Positions 37,394-52,200 are shown, numbered from the stretch's first letter. The stretch: DNA of 64,000 bases from Thalia democratica (GCA_965202585.1 OZ241827.1:45694001-45758000); one strand, 5' to 3'. Made by a program: numbers and translations. Notes: generated by a model not told the origin, from the letters alone.

Positions 37394-40311
37394 CTAAAAG
37401 CTATCATACAAGAAAGAAAGAAAAATGTGAACTTTCACAACTAAGGTCAATGGATTGGTGTAGAGAAAGACCTTTTGGTCATAGAGCTGTGCACTATTTG
37501 CTTGTAACTAATACTTTGAGTTAACTTTAAAACAATGAAGAAAAAATAAAAACAAAAAACTCAAAAAGTAGTTAAATATACATTAAAAATAGTAAGCACC
37601 CTTTTTTAACCCATTACTGCCCATACTGACCATAGAAAGCATAATCTACCATGGGCTCCTCACCGTCTCCTCCCCTATATTTTGATTTTTATGATCATTT
37701 GCATTCACATTTTTCTTTCTACAAGAGCAACCACAAAAATGCAACAAATATCTCAAAATTAAATAAGTGGGGAAAATTTTCATTTTCAGTATACATAAAA
37801 CATTTAGTATAATCATAATACTGTATGAGCACCATGTATTTTATGTTTTATTTTATGAGCAATGTTAATTTTTGTATTAAAGTGCCTTTAGATCACTATT
37901 TATAACAAAAAAAGAACTGCTTATATAGATATAAGCACGACTAGGATCTATACAATAAAGATAAGAAGTCATAAAAATAAATTGAAATGTAGGAAAAATA
38001 ACCAAACCGTCCAGAGTTTGGCATAAAAAATTTGAAAATATCTCAGTTATCAAAATATTTAAAACTAGTTATATTAGGTTTCAGTTTCTTAAAATTTGTA
38101 ACCATCATGAGCTTTTTTTCAGTTAGTGTGTGGCAACCATGTTACATGAAAACTATAAAAATACATGAAATGTATTAGTTTTTAAATAAAAAAGATTAAA
38201 CAAGCTAAGGATATAAATGAGAATACATAAACCAATTAAATTTATTTAAAAACATATAAATACAAATTATACAGTAATTTTCCTTTATTGTACCAACATA
38301 TTTTCTGTGTGTTAACAAATCAACACACTTCAACTGGGTTCTGTAAAAAATAATTACTGTAATGTAAGAATGGAAGCATAGAATAAATTAGGTGTATTTC
38401 ATTAAAATCAAAATAATTTCTATAGATTATTTTTTTTTAATAATAGTAATTAATGGTAAAATACTAAAGTTAAATCCGACTGTTATAAAACTATATAATT
38501 ATTTTATTCCAGTTAACCTTTTTCACTAGGATCTTTTGTTAGCAAATGATTAAATCTATATTTTGAACAGTTTAAAGACATACAGAAATTGAAACTTTGC
38601 CAACACTTAAATTTTTCCTAAAATTTAAGGAACAAAAAATCAAAAATACCAACATTCTAAGTTTAAATACTTTAAAACAACTACATAGCTCAATTATTTG
38701 AGTGACATGGTGTGTAGGGGTCTTAATGAAGCTTAAAAACTCCTAAGCTTAAAAATTATGAAGCTCAAGATCCAAACCAATACCATACACATATACAAAA
38801 AAAACTAGGCCAAATTATATAATGATTTAAATTTCCATTTAAATCTATTGAACAATTGTTTTGCAATTTAATTTTGGGTTGTAATAACAATGATGGACCC
38901 CTTAGAAAAAGAGTCATTTTGTAGAAATTCCGGAAATCCCCTACTATCATAAGTTGATTAAAATTTAATATCAGGGACAAAACAAGCTCAAAAAATTCAA
39001 ATCAGTAACAAAACTTCAAATGTTTAAATAGTAAATTATAACTGAACAATCAGAGACAAAAAAATAATTATTATCTATTGTAACATCCATCATCATATCG
39101 CAAAATCTAATCTGAAAACCACTTATCGACCGCTTATTGAGCGTTAAATGAAGAAAAAAAAAATAAATTCGAAAGGTTTAATATACAAACCGATAATACA
39201 CTCAGTTTGCATATTTCACCTAAATCAAGATCATAATATGATACAAAAATATTTACTATTTTTTTTGGGTTAAATTTTTAAAATAAATTTAACTTAAATT
39301 TAAAAAAAATAAATATATAACTACACAAAATTAAATATTACTAGTTTGATCAGATATTAAGGATGAGTAAAAATTATATTTTAATTTTAAAGTAAAATTG
39401 CAATTGACAAACAAATTTTAAATCAACGATATTTTTTAAAGCAAATGTTATGACATAGACTTAACATTTTTATAAAAGAAATAAACTGACGTTTAGAAAT
39501 TAAAATTTTGGTTATAATACAAGATTTAGAAGAAAATTATTGGTATTTACGTTATAAAATCAATTTTCATCAATAAGAACTTTTTTATAGTAAGAACTTA
39601 AGAATTAAGATTAAGTTTATTTTTAACTATTAAGCTAATTAAATCAAGTTTGTATTAAATTAAACAAAAATCTTAAAATTTAATATACAGTCTAAAATTT
39701 ACTAAAATTTAGACTTTTACTATTATTTTACTTATTTTCTATAACTAAAACTGTATAGTTTGTGAAATAAATAGCCTAGTCAACTTAAGCATATAAGATA
39801 CAATCAAGGCTAACTATTGAACATATAAATTATCATATAACTACAAATTTTAAGTATTTTTTGTATAGAATTTGAAAAAATTGTTTTAATTTTTCTTAAA
39901 ATCATTATAATACTTGAACTATACTTAACATTTACACTTTTTACACTATACTTTATATTTTTTACATAAACAAGTTTATATAAAGTTAATTTTAATATAT
40001 TAATAAAAAAAAAAATTAGGTTTCATTTTGGCCGTAATAATTGTATAATGATTAAAATTTTTAATTTATAGCTTGCAGCTTGATAGAAAGAAAAGCATTT
40101 AATTTTTAAAGAGTCCTAAGTCCTAACCGGTTTTTTTTTTTGGAATTTTGAAACTAAGATCAGTCGTTATTGAACGATTTACATTGTAAAAGGTTAAAGT
40201 TTTGTCTTCTTTTTTTCAAAAGCTAGTTTTTTGTTATCATGAAAATTTTATAACATTAATTTTGAAAGAAGTAACTAGCAAATATAAATTATTAAATTTT
40301 TAAAATGTTAA

Positions 40312-41573
40312 GGGGATAAGGGGTTCTAACATTTTAAATAAATAAATAAGCCTTACATTTCAAAGCTTATGTTATGTTATATGCTATAAGATAGTTTTTA
40401 CAAAACTAATAACTAATTACTTTTGAGATATAACAATTTTCTGAAAATAATTAGGATACAACCATATAGAATTAAAAATTTTAAGGGCAATTTTCTCATA
40501 AATAAAACAAATTCATCGAAAACCTATCTCGTCCTTCATTTTAAAAGAAATATAATTTAAAATATCATAAAATGTATTTTAGAACAAACTTGGTTAAAAT
40601 TTGATCAACAATTTTTTTGGTTTAATGACCTGAATAGCAAAAATACCTCTCGGTCATCGAGTTGCATACCCAATTTAATAAAAATTATGCTGAGCTAAAA
40701 ATTAAAAAGAAATTTAAACTCTAAAACAAAGAGCTCTTTGAAAAATGAGATTATTAAAATTTACAACCAACATTTAATATCTTTCTCAAAAAGAAAAAAA
40801 AAATAAATAAAATAAAAATATTTGATGTTTTTATTTTTTTTATGTGTGTTTAAGAATTTCGACTCTACTACCAACTTATTTTAAATTATCCAAAAATAAT
40901 TAACAGTAAAATAAAGCTATAACATTGAAAAAAAAATATAATAAATAAAGCTGCAATATTTAAAAAAAAAGTAAAATAAAGCTGTTTCCATAAAAATAAA
41001 TGCTTAAACTAAAAAATAGTATAAAACAAATATATCATTTTAATTAAAACTATCTTTTTTTTACAAACTTAAATAAATGTTCAAATATATGAGTTTAACT
41101 ATACCAAAATAATAATGTATACAACCACAAAAAACACTGAAAATAGTAAATAATTTTTTTCTTTTTGAAAAAAATAATTAAATAGTAAAAATAAATAAAT
41201 AACAACAATATTAAGATAAAAAACACTAATAATCATAAAATATGTCAACCTATTGCTAGTTTAAAATTTTATCAGCGATTTTAGCTCATAATTTAAATTT
41301 TTAACTTTCTTTGTTTAAAAAAAATGGCATTAAGAATTTAATGATAGAAATTATTAAAAAAAGAAATATTATTTATTAAAAAAAAAAAAATAAAAATCTG
41401 TTTCTAACAAGTTGTTTAAAACTTATAAACAACTACTCTGAATCTAACTTTGGTCCCTTATATCTTGTTAGCTACTTTAATCTAACAAGCGGTAAAGTGT
41501 AACAAGTATATTATCTGATTATAAACAAAAAAGGACAAAGTTTGAAAAAAAAAGTTTTAGTCCCCCTATGCCC
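40312..41573. mobile_element. Kolobok/T2-like element, degenerate
   Basis: TTAA|GGGGATAAGGGG...CCCCCTATGCCC|TTAA. Confidence 0.55.
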
Positions 41574-43416
41574 TTAAATTAGTTTATTGGAAATTTATAA
41601 AATATTTGATAATACTTTTTAATTCTATGAGTCTATTATACAATTCGGTTTTGTTTCATAAAAATGTAACAAGGTTGAAAAGCGACCCTTTAAAAATATG
41701 AATCATATTTTATAAATTAAAACAGTAGGGGTGGGGGATCCACCATTAGTTTATCAAATTTTAAGAGTTTCAACTTAGCTACCATAAGTTTTTAAAGACT
41801 TAAGAAAATTCAAAGTAACTTTTGAGTTATGAGCGATCAAAGTTAGTGAACTCGATAGGTTCTAAAGGAGTTAATACCATACCTTATAAAACTTTTAATT
41901 AAGGAAAAAATGTAGTACTTCGATTCAAGAAAAAATATAACAAAAATCACAAACATAATGACTTAATAAAAAAGTAATTCATATTAAAAAAATACAGAAA
42001 ATCTTTTAAGTTAAATAAATATGCACTGTAGTTTATAGTTAAATTTTGCATATTATAACCAATATTATTTTATATTAAAAAAAATGTTAGACTACTCTAT
42101 GACCATAAGAAAAGCTTGCTTTACAAGTTTAAAAATGAAGACAAAAAATTTTATTAAATATTGTAAGTTACTAATCAAGTATACGAGAAAACTTTCTAGA
42201 AAATAATTAACATGCATAGTCTTTTCAAATAAATATAATTTTTTGATAAAAAAAAATTAATAAATACCATTGTTTTGATTAAAATTATTTTAAAACAAAA
42301 TTGTATTTACAAAATGAATGAAATATTTTTGTTAAGTAATCTCAACTGTTCATTTGTTCAGAAAAATAACTATAAATTAAAAAAAAAATATTTTAATTCT
42401 TAACATTTTTAATTCTAAACAAAATCTGAAAATAAACAAAGCTATGATAAAATTTTCTATTTAATCATAGCTTAAAAATATAAATGTATAATCTTGTATT
42501 GAAGATAAATAGTATGAGGGTTAATCTCACATTTATATTTGTTTGATTAGTGTTTATTTTTTTAATTTTTCATTATATCACCCTGTTGTTACTAGGATAA
42601 CTAGTTAATACTTCTTGTTTTTGTTTATATTATTTTGTTGTTACTAAGAACAATTTGTTGAAAGTTTTAAAGTTGAAAGTCGAAAGTCAGCAAAAAACTG
42701 GGAATTCCGGAACATGTACAATCGGACCCTTAGAAAAACAGGACATTATGGCTTTCAAAACAAAAGTCTTTAAAAAAAAATATTAGTTTATAAATTACTT
42801 TTTTTTAATATAGACGAAAAATAAAGTTTATATGCGATTCTATTCAGCTTTCAACCTTATTTTAATAAATTTCAACGTATAACACTTTAAAAGTCACAAA
42901 ATTGTAAATATATATTTAACTAACTAATACAATGTAGATTTTTTTTACAAAGGATACATATTTTTAAAAATGTTTTAACTTAATTAAGAATTTACAAAGT
43001 AAATCAAGTTTTAAAAATTAAAAAGATACTGTTTTTTTTTTTGTCTCGTACAATAACGTTAAAATGTATCCAAAAGGTGTACGACTCGATAACTGAAAGG
43101 TTTTTTCGTACACCAGAATCTAGGGCCTAGTAATTTGAGCGCTTTTTTTGTTGTTCAATAAAAAATACTACTGATGTTATCATTTGTGAGTAAATTTTAG
43201 ATTTTTAAGATATAGTTCATCTAAATATTAGAATAACCTTTTTTACTAGCTTTCGAATTTAAAAAAAAAACTTTTGTCTAAAAAATACTATTTTATTTTA
43301 ACAAATATTTTACTTGATGTTCAAATCTTAAGTCAATTATATTTTTGAGTACATATAACATTTTACCTAATTTAGAGCATATATACTTATTATTATAGAA
43401 TTACAATTATGTAGTG

Positions 43417-43704
43417 CAGGGGTCGGCAAACTGCGGCTATCAAAGCCAAAATATACGGCCCGCGAGGTACATTTCAGCTCAAAACATACATTTTACGAAA
43501 CAGTGATAAGATATGTTTTTGTAGTAAAAACTTATTCTTAAACTATTAGTCTAAAATTTACTCATTACTAAAGCTTATTTAATCACATTCTAGATTGAAA
43601 ATAGTATTTCTATATTAATTAATACTAATATTTTGAAATAACTTCGGCCCGCGGAAGGCTTTTTTTATACAGTTCGGCTCGCAAATTAATACCCGTGAAT
43701 CGTG
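43417..43704. mobile_element. hAT (Charlie-type) MITE
   Basis: CAGGGGTCGGCAAACTGCGG left end, GGCCCGCG motifs; TSD atgtagtg / atgtagag (7/8). Confidence 0.8.
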
Positions 43705-43793
43705 ATGTAGAGTGATTTAATTGTTAGATAATGTCAAAGAATTTAGCTTATATTACAAAAAGTTTTTAAAATACTGAAATGAGATTAAAAAAG

Positions 43794-44489
43794 CGGGTAG
43801 CTGTCAAATTTGCACGAGCGTACAAAACTGCACGAGGACACAAGATTGCAAGAAGATACTTTTGCATGAACACACTTTTGCACGAGAGGATACAATTGCA
43901 CGAAGATACTTTTGCACGATGAGTCACTTTTGGACGAAGGCAATTTTGCACGAAGACATTTCGATTTTTTTTTGTCTATTTTATTTAGCTGTTTTTTTTT
44001 ATCACTGTTACCCCTAACCCTTAACCTCGGTTGGTAACTTTTTTTATTTATATTAATATTTTTTTTTTTTCTATCACTGTTACCCCTAACCCTTACCCTC
44101 GGTCGGTAGGTTTTTTTTTAATTAGTTTATTTTTATTTATACATTTTTTTTTATTAATAATCTTTATTTGTTATTTGGTTATTTTTGTTTTTATTATCAC
44201 TGTTAACCCTAACCCTTACCCTTGGTCAGTAACTTTTTTATTTATGTTTTTTATTAATTTATCTTTTAGTTTTTTTTTTCTGTTTTTGTTTATTTTAATT
44301 TTTTTTTTACTCTCCTGCAAAAATGACCCTCCGAGCAAAATTGACACTTGGTGCAAAGTTGTCTTCGTTCAGCTTTGTTCCCTCGTGCAATTTAGTCAAC
44401 TCGTGCAAATTTGTCTTTGTGCAAAAGTATCTTCGTGCAGTTTTGTGCCCTCGTGCAATTTTGTCCTCGTAAAATTTTGACCCGTTCCT
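43794..44489. mobile_element. MITE, asymmetric-end family
   Basis: CGGGTAGCTGTCA...TGACCCGTTCCT; tandem TTGCACGA / TCGTGCAA arms; three internal CCCTAACCCTTA units. Confidence 0.8.
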
Positions 44490-44647
44490 TAAAAAAGTAA
44501 TTAAATACTAAGTATCACCGAACCGACCTAGTTATCAAGTTTCTATATCTTAAAAAGTGTTTTTTATATTTTATAGCTTACCAAAAACTAAAAAAAGTGG
44601 AAATAATTTTCTTTTGTGAAGTAAATCAAAATGTTCGAATTACGATT

Positions 44648-44902
44648 GGTCAGCTGAAGTATTGACTAGAATTTTTTTCATTCATAACATTATGCAAACT
44701 TAGTAAAATAACAAAACACCTGAGTCTAATTACCTATCTCCAACCTATTTTACAGATTTTTTTAAGTCTAAACTCCGACCCAAAACCCATTTTATTCAAA
44801 AATATAACAAATAAAAGAAAAAAAAACTTTATTGACTTAAACATAATACAGATAAAGTCTAATTTTAGCCGATCAGAAGCGCTTAGACTTTGCTGCTGAT
44901 GA
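44648..44902. mobile_element. MITE-like repeat; second copy 55626-55894
   Basis: Both copies share GGTC.GCTG.AG ends, ATTCATAACATTATGCAAAC and AGCCGATCAGAAGCGC.TA.A.TTTGC.GCTGA. Confidence 0.7.
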
Positions 44903-47259
44903 TCATTCCACCGATATATAAAAAGTTTAAAAATTATATTGGCTTGATACACAGATAAGAGCTAATACTAATCAGATTAATAAAAAAGACCATATTTTCA
45001 GTTCTAAAATGTTTTTAAATAATATTTAATTTATAAAATAATTTTTTTTAAGTAAAATGTTGTGCACCTTTGAATTTTAAAATTAACACTATTTGTTAAA
45101 AATAACCTTAATCTTAATTTAATCTTATTTTTTCAAACGAAATTTATTGTACCTTTTCAAAAATAAAGAAAGCAGAGTTTTGTTACAATAAGTAATTGTT
45201 AAAAGTATTTTAGCCAGACAATCAATTTTTGTGTGAAGGAAACTAAAACTTTGGCGTGTTTTGGGAAGCAAAACTTTATTTTAAGAAGCAGATACTTTTA
45301 AGATTATTTTAACCTACTAATTTATTTAAGTACTTTATTTTTATTTGTATAACTACTTTTAATTACTTATATAGTGAACGTTAAGTCTAATAACCCACTA
45401 ATATTTTAGAATAAACTTTAAAATAATGTTTCTAAAAGATTAAGCCATTCTGTATTTTATCTTAAAGGTTTTATAACGAACTTACTTTTTGTGTGCATTG
45501 AAATAAATATCTTCTATACTTTATAAAATATTGCTTTTAACAAAAAGTACTGTTAAAGATTTTTATAACTTACAAATTTATTAAACTTGTATTAGTACTT
45601 TAAAATCATATACATAATTCTATTTGTTAAAAGCTAGTTATTATTTTTCGAATTTAGTTTGCTGTTCAAAAACAAGTAACATTTAATTTTTCAGAGGTAT
45701 TTTTAATTTAGAGTAGTTTTAAAATATAAACAATATCACATTGCTTATTATCATTACAACTGTTGATTTAATTTGAGCTAAAAGAACAAGGTTTAGTTTC
45801 AAAAAAAAAAAGTTTTTGAACATCATGTATCAAGATTATTTGAAGCTTCCTAAAATACCTTAGTAAAATAAACCACTTAATCATTTCTTAAAATATTCAT
45901 TTAGGTTTTTTCACGCTTTCGAACATAAAATGTTTTAATATAGTACTAAAGGTCAGATATCTGCGACCTGCGGACTAAAGAAAAGTGTGCTGCCCGTAAT
46001 GTCAGCTAAAAACATACGTATTTTTTCTTTAATCGTAGTAAACTTAACATTGAAATTATTAATTACTAGTTCTTTATTATTGGTTAAGTTAATGTCATGG
46101 AAATTTTGGTCTAAAACAATATTTCTTATTGACTACAATAATTATTTTAAATAATCCCGGCTAACAAGGACATTTTCTGGTACTTATAAAAGGATACTTA
46201 TCGCTGTATTATAGTTATATAACAACTGTATTGTTTGTTTTTAAACGACTTAAAACATAAATTCAAAGTTGCTTTTTACGTAATAGAGATTGAGCATTTG
46301 TTCTTAAATATCGAGTTTTTGAGCGAATATCGTATTATTTTTGACATCTTATTAGTTTTTTATAATAGTTATTATACCTGATTGTAATGAAAAGATTTAA
46401 ATTTTTTAATTTTAATACTAATTTTAAGTAATTTCAAACCTTCGCATGAATGTAAAAACAACATTTATAGACTTGAAAATATTGATCAAACAACTATAAC
46501 TTATTACAGTAAATTTTAAATTCATTATTTAAAAAAATGTAACTGTTTAGTTAATCTAGTAGGTATTGTTGGCTTTAAGATCTTTGTCTAATAATTTATA
46601 TAGCCCGAATTTTAATTCTTGTTTTAATAAATTTTAATTATAATCAACTAGTTTTTTCGAATTTCCATAATCAGGATGTTGCCACATGTTTTTGAATTTC
46701 TTTTAGATTTTGATTTATGGTCGTCTGGTTAAGTTCCATATTTATAGTTCATTTTCAGTATAAAATTAAATATAGGGTAAAAAACTGTCACTAATGGTAA
46801 AAAAATATTTAAAAGTACTGTAATACTACTTTAAATGTGTTTTCAAATTAAAACATTCTAAATAATGATTCAAACACATTTTTTTTTTGAAATATTTTTT
46901 TGTTTTTAATCTAAATTTCATACCTTTACGTGTAATAAATGATTTTAAAATTCTTGGAGTTACTTTTATTCAAATTTCCAGTTTTTATTTTTAAGTTGTT
47001 AAACTCAAGTTATTTTCAGATTTCCATATAACCCTGCAAAACTAAGTAGCTTCTATATTTTTACTTTATCACGGTCTTAAGTTAAATGGTTTACTATTCT
47101 TTCTAAAGATACAAAATATTTTTTCTTTTCGTTAAAAATTATATATCTAAATTTACGTGATAAAAGTTTTAGGCCAAAAAAGATCGTTTTTAAAGTAGTT
47201 AAGAAAGTTATAAGAAATATTGGTTCGTATATTGTTTTAAAGCCAACAGCAGGAGAATA

Positions 47260-47435
47260 TGGGAACGGGTCACAAATGCGCGAGCTTCAACATTTAAGAT
47301 AATTAAGAACATTTATAACTCATTTTTTGTAAGTATGTAAGTAATGGTTTATTAATTCTTTTATAAATTGTTTTTACTTAATCTCTTTAAACTTAAGTGC
47401 AAAAGTGACACTCTTGCGTTTCTGACACCTAACCG
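47260..47435. mobile_element. MITE, asymmetric-end family, TA TSD
   Basis: TA|TGGGAACGGGTCAC...CTGACACCTAACCG|TA. Confidence 0.75.
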
Positions 47436-49243
47436 TAAAGTATTCATAGATGAGGCTTATATTGAAAAAGTAATTTTAAAACTTTTATGTATATTTGATA
47501 AACTGTTAAAGAATATATAAATGTTATTTAATAACTATATTATACTTCTTTTCCGCCCGTGAGTTTAATATTAATACAAAAATTATGAAATTATGTTTTT
47601 AAGTTGGGCCGAGCAACTTTTCTTTCAGTTCGCCAGATTTACTAGAAAGTTACTTATACAGGCTATAAAAGTATTCAAGGATGTGTAATTTTGAAAAATT
47701 GTATTCTTAATAACTTCATGAAAGAAAACACATAATGAAATAACCCTTTTCTAAGCTTTAACTTTTCCTGTAAATAAAATCAGGCGAATATTTGAATAAA
47801 ATAGAAACTTTTATAACTGTTTATTTCCATGCTATAAAATTGCGTTGCAAGTCCTAGATTTTGCTTGAAAGGCCTGCATATTGCCCATGCCTACTTTAAG
47901 TAGTTGTAAATGAGATTTGATATAAAATATTAGCTGATTTTTTAAATGATAGATAATTTATAAAGAATTTTGATCTGTATAAAAATTTTATAAAAAAAAC
48001 CGAACTATGGCTAGAACCGTAATATTAATAACTCTCCTATTTCCTAGCTTAAAGGTTTTTTTCACCAAATCTGGGATCTGTGTAACATAAGTTTATAATA
48101 CAAACTCATCTGAAAACATAGACGCTTGAAAAATTCTTTCACACACATATACTCTCTTAAGCACAATTTAGTTGAAATTGAATGCAAAGATGTTTCATTA
48201 TAAGTCACTAAAAATATCATCATAGATAAACAGCGTTCTTTCATAAACGTAGAAAATTTTGTAAGAAAAGTTTTAAAGAGTTAATTAATACTAAGCCTGA
48301 TTTCATAAAAAAAGTTATGGAACAAAACTGAGCTATTTTCTGATGTTAATAAAGATGTATTTTCTTTATGAGCCTATTTTTAAAAAATGTGTCTACAGTG
48401 TTTCATGATAAAAAACTTTTTTTTGATTCGTCGACTAGCGAATTTCAATCTTACTTTAGTTTTTAATAGCGTCCCTACGCCACTGATCAACACCTTCTTA
48501 AATATAACTACAAACAAAAACTCTCGTTAAGAACATTTTTAGCAAACGTATTTACGCGTCTTCGGTTTTTTAAATCTAATCAAGTCGAAAACGTCAAATG
48601 GTAAAATATTTTATTAATTTGTATTTGAAAAAGGGCTTCTAAACAAAAAAGTGATTTTTTTACAAGAACATTAAATTTGTATTTCTCAATGAAAAATATC
48701 TTGTAGTACTCTGAGCGTAAAATAAGGAAAATTTATTTAACAATTTTTCCATTTTTCTAATCAAACAGCTACTAAACTGGTAACAGGAAAAATCTCAACT
48801 TTGTCAATAATGATCAAAGCATTAACCTCAAGTTAAACAGTAAACTATTCCAGAAACTATTTAAGTTATATTTAACATAACTATACTTTTAGATATGAAA
48901 ATATACATAAAAAAAAAGTAAATATTGTGTATACATATTTGTCTTCAATATTAAATACTGTAATTTATTTAAGGTTCTTATGTTACATTAAAATCATTAA
49001 CTTTTGTAAATATTTATTCTGATATTACCAACTTAAAGTAGGTAACTGAAAAGGAATACCACAAAAAACAGTACATAAAAAGATGCTAAAATTTATTTGT
49101 CTATATTTTACTAATTTATACATAAGATATTTTGCCTAGTTTTCAAAAGCCAATTCAAATCTAAACTTTATTTGTCTACATTTTACTAGCTAAATATACA
49201 TAACACTATTTTTGCCTAGTTTTAAAAAGCACATTTGATTGCA

Positions 49244-52200
49244 TTAGTGTTTCTTCCTTTTTTTCTTATCTTGCTTGGCAGCCTCATCAATAGCTTTTCT
49301 TTTATTTTTCAATTCTTCAGCCTGATAAAAACAAATAAATAATAATAAGGTATATGTTATATATCAGCATAACTCAACTGCATTAAAATAAGAATACATT
49401 CTTGGGTAACTATGGTTGTTTAACTATTAATTTACGACTTCATTGTACGACTTATAGTTTATCTAAAGATTATTTTTAAACTGTATTATAACTTTTAACG
49501 TAGCCTTTATCCAATAACTCATTGTCAGTGTTCTATTTTACTTTCATTCTTAATAAGTAATAACAAAAAGAGTCGAAAGAATATACTGAATAAATCTTTA
49601 AATGTAAGTAAGTGTAAATAAAATATATAATTAATAAAAAACAACTTTCTTTAAATCTAAAACTTAACAGATCGCTTAAACAATAACTTATAGCTTAGAG
49701 AAAATTTATATGCGATCATTACTTAAAGAATTCATAGTATGTGCTAGTCTACAATCGATCAAAAATTGAAACAAACTTGGGTTTTTTAATTTATTAAGAA
49801 TTGCTATTATTAAGTAGTAAAGTTGTTAAATTCAATTATGTAATTTTTTCTTAACTATTATAAATTTATTCAAATGTATGTGTTATTTTGAAATTAAGTT
49901 TATCCAAAGTAAGGTAATTACAAAATAGTTTGCTTGTATATACCTGTCTAGCCTTTCTATCTTTACCATACTTTATTTTAGCATAAAGCTTCTTCGCTTT
50001 TTTGCCCATTTGTTTCTTTGCAAGGCGCAGATCTTCAGCAGACACCTGTTTTAAACAAGTTATAATCTATTAACTACACATACAATAATTAAATAATCAA
50101 TAATATGAAAGGTGAAAATAATTATTTAAACATTATTCAAACTTGCATTAAAATATAGAGAGATATTTTGAAATAACGAAGACATTTATAACATACCTTG
50201 TCTGCTCTAGAGTTTTTGTGAGTGTCCTTAGGAGCTTCTTGAATGACAACATCTTTCTTGGAGCTTCCACTGCTGCTTTCCTGAAAAAAAAAGGTAACTT
50301 AATATAACTTAACATAAATTACAAAAAATGTTTTCGGTTTTCAATATTTTACTTAAAACATAAAATTTAGTTTTTGTAAGTCATACAGTAAAAAAACCTT
50401 TTCAGTTTCTTTTTCATCTTCTTCAGCTTTTTCAACTTCCTCTTCATCAACGTCTTCTTCATCACTTTCTTCTTCTTCAGATTCTGATAAGTCTTTCTCG
50501 TCATCATCTCCTATTATTTTCGTATTTGTAAAAAAAAATTATAATGCTAATTTTAATACTTTTCTACGTATAACAATAATTCTTAAACTATCAACTACAG
50601 GTCTCTTTTATGAGCAAGAAAAGCCTCAATCCCTTAAAGTATAATTATTAATTAACATCTCACCCAAATTAAGATTTCCTTTTTGCATGTCGATGATGCG
50701 CTGCCTTTCCAATGGAATGTGCATTCCTTCGCTTTCATCGGCGAACGGCGAGCAATGAGCAGGCAACTTCATGCCCGGCATGTAATCTCTCTCGCTTATC
50801 AAAACTCTTGCATTCACACAATCCGCCACCCATTGAGGTTGCACGTACTTCCTGTGTACAAAAATGCATTGTCGTTATGTAGAGAACAAAATAAATAAAA
50901 AGATAGTACGAAAGTTAATAGTAAGGCCATAAGGAGGGGGGGTAAGCCATGTTTTTTAAGAGTTTTTCTAAGCTTCAAGATACTTTTTATTGTTTTTAAA
51001 AATTCGAATTAATTTTTGAGATAGACCAGTCAAAGTCGGGCGGCATAATAGGTTCCTAATGGGAAGAGAAAACTAAAACCGCGAAAAAAGACTATTTTAC
51101 TTAAAATCTATCTCCTTACATTTTTTAAGCAATCTTCTTCAAACTTTCACATTCTAATCTTTATACAATAACAAAAAACGTTACTTTGGACTTTGAATTT
51201 TTTATTCTAAAAAGGTTATTTTTTTGAAAAAAAAAAGACTTTTTTTTCTAATTTTTTTGTTTTTTTAAATTCACATGTAACATTTTTTTCAATATAAGTA
51301 ACACTTCCTGAAAATTTGAAGAAGATTGCTTGAAAAATGAAGGAGAAGATATATTTTTAGTGAATTTTAAAATTTCCGAGAAAATTGGCCCCGAAAAATT
51401 TGTGGTCCATACGTTTGTATCGGAAACCTTTTACAAAAAATAAATATCTCAAAAGTTAAATGATATTTTGAATTCTATAAAAACTGGCTTGTAATTAAAG
51501 ATTTTATATGAAAGCCAAAATTAATTTTGTAAAAAAAGTGTTGGACCCCCCTATGGCCTTAATAGCATTACCTAACTACAGTATACTACCGCTTAAGTAC
51601 GCACTTTTTTTGGTACGCATCACGCCTTAAGTACGCACTTATCCAGAAAGACAAAGTAAAGGATGTTATACTAGAACTTCAAGAAATTCCAGTTTTTTTG
51701 CCTAAATCATTTTAAAATCTATTAAAAAAATTTGCAAATTAGAATTATGTTTTAAATGTTATTTAAAATAAATGACTTGTTTATTTGGCATAATTATTTG
51801 GTGGCTAGTTGTAAGAAAGAAAACAAACAACTAAATTTCATATTATACTATATCGTCAAAAAGTACGCACTACCCGTGCTAAGTACGCACTTTTTGGTCG
51901 GGTTCAATTTGCGTACTTAAGCGGTAGTGTACTGTATTTAATAAACAAATCGAAATACTTTTCCCACGTATAATACCAAAATAATCTAAAACATAATTCA
52001 AATTAAAAAAGAAAAAAACTACTTTAAAAAGTACTTCATGTTTAGAATAAACTATATCATACCTATGGCCATCGTCGTGGTCCATTTTTGGATTGGGTCT
52101 GTCAACTAAATGATGAGTAATAGTTGGATCTGATTCGTCAAATGTTGATCCGATTCCAACTGTTTTTGGCCAAGAAACTTCTCCACCGAAACTCCTGAAA

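Noticed and set aside
44008-44225. Interstitial telomere or chromosome fusion site
   Set aside because: Only 1-2 CCCTAA-like units per module, inside a dispersed MITE; no true tandem array.
45950-46015. GC-rich possible micro-exon
   Set aside because: No frame gives a recognisable peptide or a consistent donor/acceptor pair.
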